Source of the DNA: Paragordius varius
Taxonomy: Eukaryota > Animalia > Nematomorpha
Direction: 5' to 3'
Assembly: GCA_964247055.1 (NCBI GenBank)
Contig: OZ176051.1
Coordinates: forward strand, 12,896,001-12,960,000
DNA: 64,000 bases
Part shown: piece after piece, positions 61,560 through 64,000 of the stretch
Position numbering within the stretch: position 1 is the first letter of the stretch
Layout: each line of letters begins with the position of its first letter
Made by a program: the position numbers and the translations under genes
The notes under the pieces: generated by a model
Told to the model about the DNA's origin: nothing
Seen by the model: only the letters and a program-made list of their open reading frames with translations
Database searches by the model: none

Positions 61560-63010
61560 CCGAATAAGGTCGGCTAGCATTTTTAATTTAGGTCCTCTTT
61601 TTACCCGCTACCCCCGTAAAATGCCATTTTTTTCAAAAAAAAAAAACCAAGTCCACAAAAATAATTTTTCTGAATCTATTTTTCGCTTAAGGTATGAGAC
61701 CGTAAAAATTAAATGATGATTCCATGTATTCCCTGTTAAAAGGCAAATATTTTAGTCGTGCGTTTTTTTATATTGGCTGCTGGGTAAGGAGATAACCGCT
61801 AAAAACTGCCCTGTCATATCGAAATAGCGAGCCTTTGGGACTAAAATTCAGAAAACCTATCAGGCCATATGAGTTCAATTGCTTCTTTATTACCCGTAAT
61901 AAGGCAAAATTTTAGGTCGTGCGGTTTTTTTAAATAAGCGGTTAATTAGGCTCTTCACGCCCTGAAAAATGCGCCGCCATAGAATGATTTTTCAGTTTTC
62001 AGGTAATATTTCCAAAAAGTAATGAGAGCATATGGAATCAATCATGATTCCAGGTTTTTCCGTAAAAGGCAAAAATTTTAATCAAGCGCTTTCTTTGTAT
62101 CAGCCTCTGGGTAAGGAGCTACCCGCCTAAAAATGCGCCACCATATCGAAATTGCCTTGTTTAGGAGTTAAAAAAAACCTATCAGGCCATATGAGTTCAA
62201 TAAGGGCTTGAAATATTACCCGTAAAAAGGCAAAAATTTAAGTAGTGCGGCTTTATTAAATTAGCCGTTAAATAAGTCCTTTACGCCCTAAAAAATCCGC
62301 TCTCATTGAACTATTATTTAGTTTTGAAGCCATTCTTCCAAAAACTATTTGGAAGATTAGGAATGAATGATGATGCCAGGTATTCCCCTATAAAGACAAA
62401 TTTTTTTATCGAACAACTTTTTTATATTAACCTCTGGGTAGGGGGCTACCCACCAACAACTGCACCACCATATCGATACAGCTTGACTTTGGAGACAAAT
62501 AAAAAACCTATGAGACTAACAGGAACATATGAATTCCAATAATTCCAGATATTTCCCATGTAAAGGCAAAAATTTTGCCCAACGCTTTTTTTATATTTGC
62601 CGAGCTACCGGCCAAAAACTCCATCACTATATATAAATTTGTTTTTGAGCTAATTTACAAAAAGTTCATGAAGCCATATGAGCTCATTAAAAGCTTGAAA
62701 TATCACCCGCAACTAGGTAAAAATTAAGGTCAAGCGTTTTTTATTAGCCGTTAATTTAGGGCCTTTATGCCCTAAAAATACGCCATCATATAACGATTAT
62801 ATAGTGTTGAGGTATTTTTTTGAATAACCCATGAGATGATGGTATCAAAGATGATTCCAAATATTTGCCCTATAAAGGCAAAGAATTTACAGCGCTTTTT
62901 CCATATAGGTCTATGGGTAGGGGTCTACCGGTTTAGAACTGAGATGTCATACAAAAATAGCGTCATTTTAACTAATATTCAAAAAACTTAAGAAGCCATA
63001 CGAATTCAGT
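61560..63010. repeat. Degenerate tandem repeat, ~160-170-bp monomer with alternating A/B dimer
   Basis: Anchor aaaggcaaaa recurs at ~61740, 61901, 62067, 62228, 62393, 62562, 62716 and 62874. A units carry ctgggtaaggag; B units carry ttagccgttaa/ttacgccctaaaa. Confidence 0.8.
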
Positions 63011-63345
63011 TAAACACATTTCTGGGGAATTTGTATAATATCATTTCCTTTAAAAAGGGACCACAAAGGATTTACTTTTTATATCTCTTGACAGCTGTGT
63101 GAACACAGTTCAAAATAAAACTTTTAACCATGATTTCGTAGAACGAAAATTAAAATAATTCAAATATGATAGTTGAATATTACCTTTAAGTTTAAATATG
63201 GTCGATTTCGAGTAAACAATATTTGAGCCTATGCAAATACCCGTAAAAGAATAATTAAAGACATTGTTTTTATTAAATATGTTTTTTATTATTTATCTCC
63301 ATTACCTCTATGTATTGCAAATTATTAGGAATAATTATCGGTGAA

Positions 63346-63373
63346 CACAGCGAAGCGTGACAGGGCCGGCTAG
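63346..63373 (+). mobile_element. Helitron-type 3' terminus
   Basis: cacagcgaagcgtgacagggccggCTAG followed by T: GC-rich subterminal motif plus CTAG end. The 5' end was not located. Confidence 0.5.
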
Positions 63374-64000
63374 TTTTCAATATAACATGAAGAGAGCCAG
63401 TCTTAAGCAAATTTGGGACCTCATACAAAGTAAGCTATCCTGTAACTTCCTTTTATTATAGTTTTCCTTTGATTATCAATTTTATATTTTTAATGTCAAA
63501 AATAATAGTGTAGCAGCATTTTGGTAAAAAGGATCAAAATTTTCACTATAATATATTTAGATGTGAAAACATAAATAATTATACAAGTTATAAACATCGG
63601 ATCTTTCTCTGGTTTATTTATATGGGGTTATAGAACTGATTTTTCAGAAACGGACCGGTTTTAAAAAGATTTTCAAAAGTTATGAAAATCATCTAGACCT
63701 TTTATGTAATAAATAAAAATCGCTAAAGGTTTTTTTAACATCTAGAGCAAGAGTGTTATGTGCTTTTTTGGATCGAAAAATCCAACTCCGCATTCGCAAA
63801 ATATATGGGCAATAACAAATATATTATTTGATTATAAACATAAGATGTATAATATTTATTTTAACAATTTTAGCTAGTTCATTGCCAAAGGAAACTCTCA
63901 ATCGAAAAATTTGTTCAAGAAAATCATTTCTATTTAGATTGCTTAACACTTCGATTCAAATTGGGGTATCTAAATACCCAAAACTAAATTTGAGTTAGGA

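Overview
Strongly AT-rich, intron-containing DNA from an invertebrate animal (actin begins MCDDDV; the species cannot be named from sequence alone). I reconstructed five spliced host genes by hand using GT-AG sites and phase continuity: (1) an orphan secreted protein with three internal beta-rich repeats (+, 2415-5232); (2) a 6-exon orphan, largely disordered protein (-, 36230-28339); (3) an 11-exon sterol 14-alpha-demethylase CYP51 (+, 36401-50881), head-to-head with gene 2 and with start codons only 170 nt apart; (4) a 4-exon actin (+, 57794-59389); (5) the last two exons of a probable Ras-association-domain gene (-, 60848-59779). The CYP51 is about 683 aa, roughly 180 aa longer than the usual enzyme. 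Its loop insertions include a ~106-aa proximal-face insert carrying a KCPF heme-regulatory-type motif. The rest of the window is transposon-rich: Ty3/gypsy remnants and a very recent non-autonomous LTR element, RTE-like LINEs with two complete HDV-like self-cleaving ribozymes (one in sense in a host intron, one flipped by a 5' inversion inside CYP51), an inverted Penelope pair, a 5.8-kb palindrome built around a long-TIR element, a hAT element with perfect TSD, MITE families, a hammerhead-like motif, a decayed GPCR-like frame and a ~163-bp dimeric satellite.
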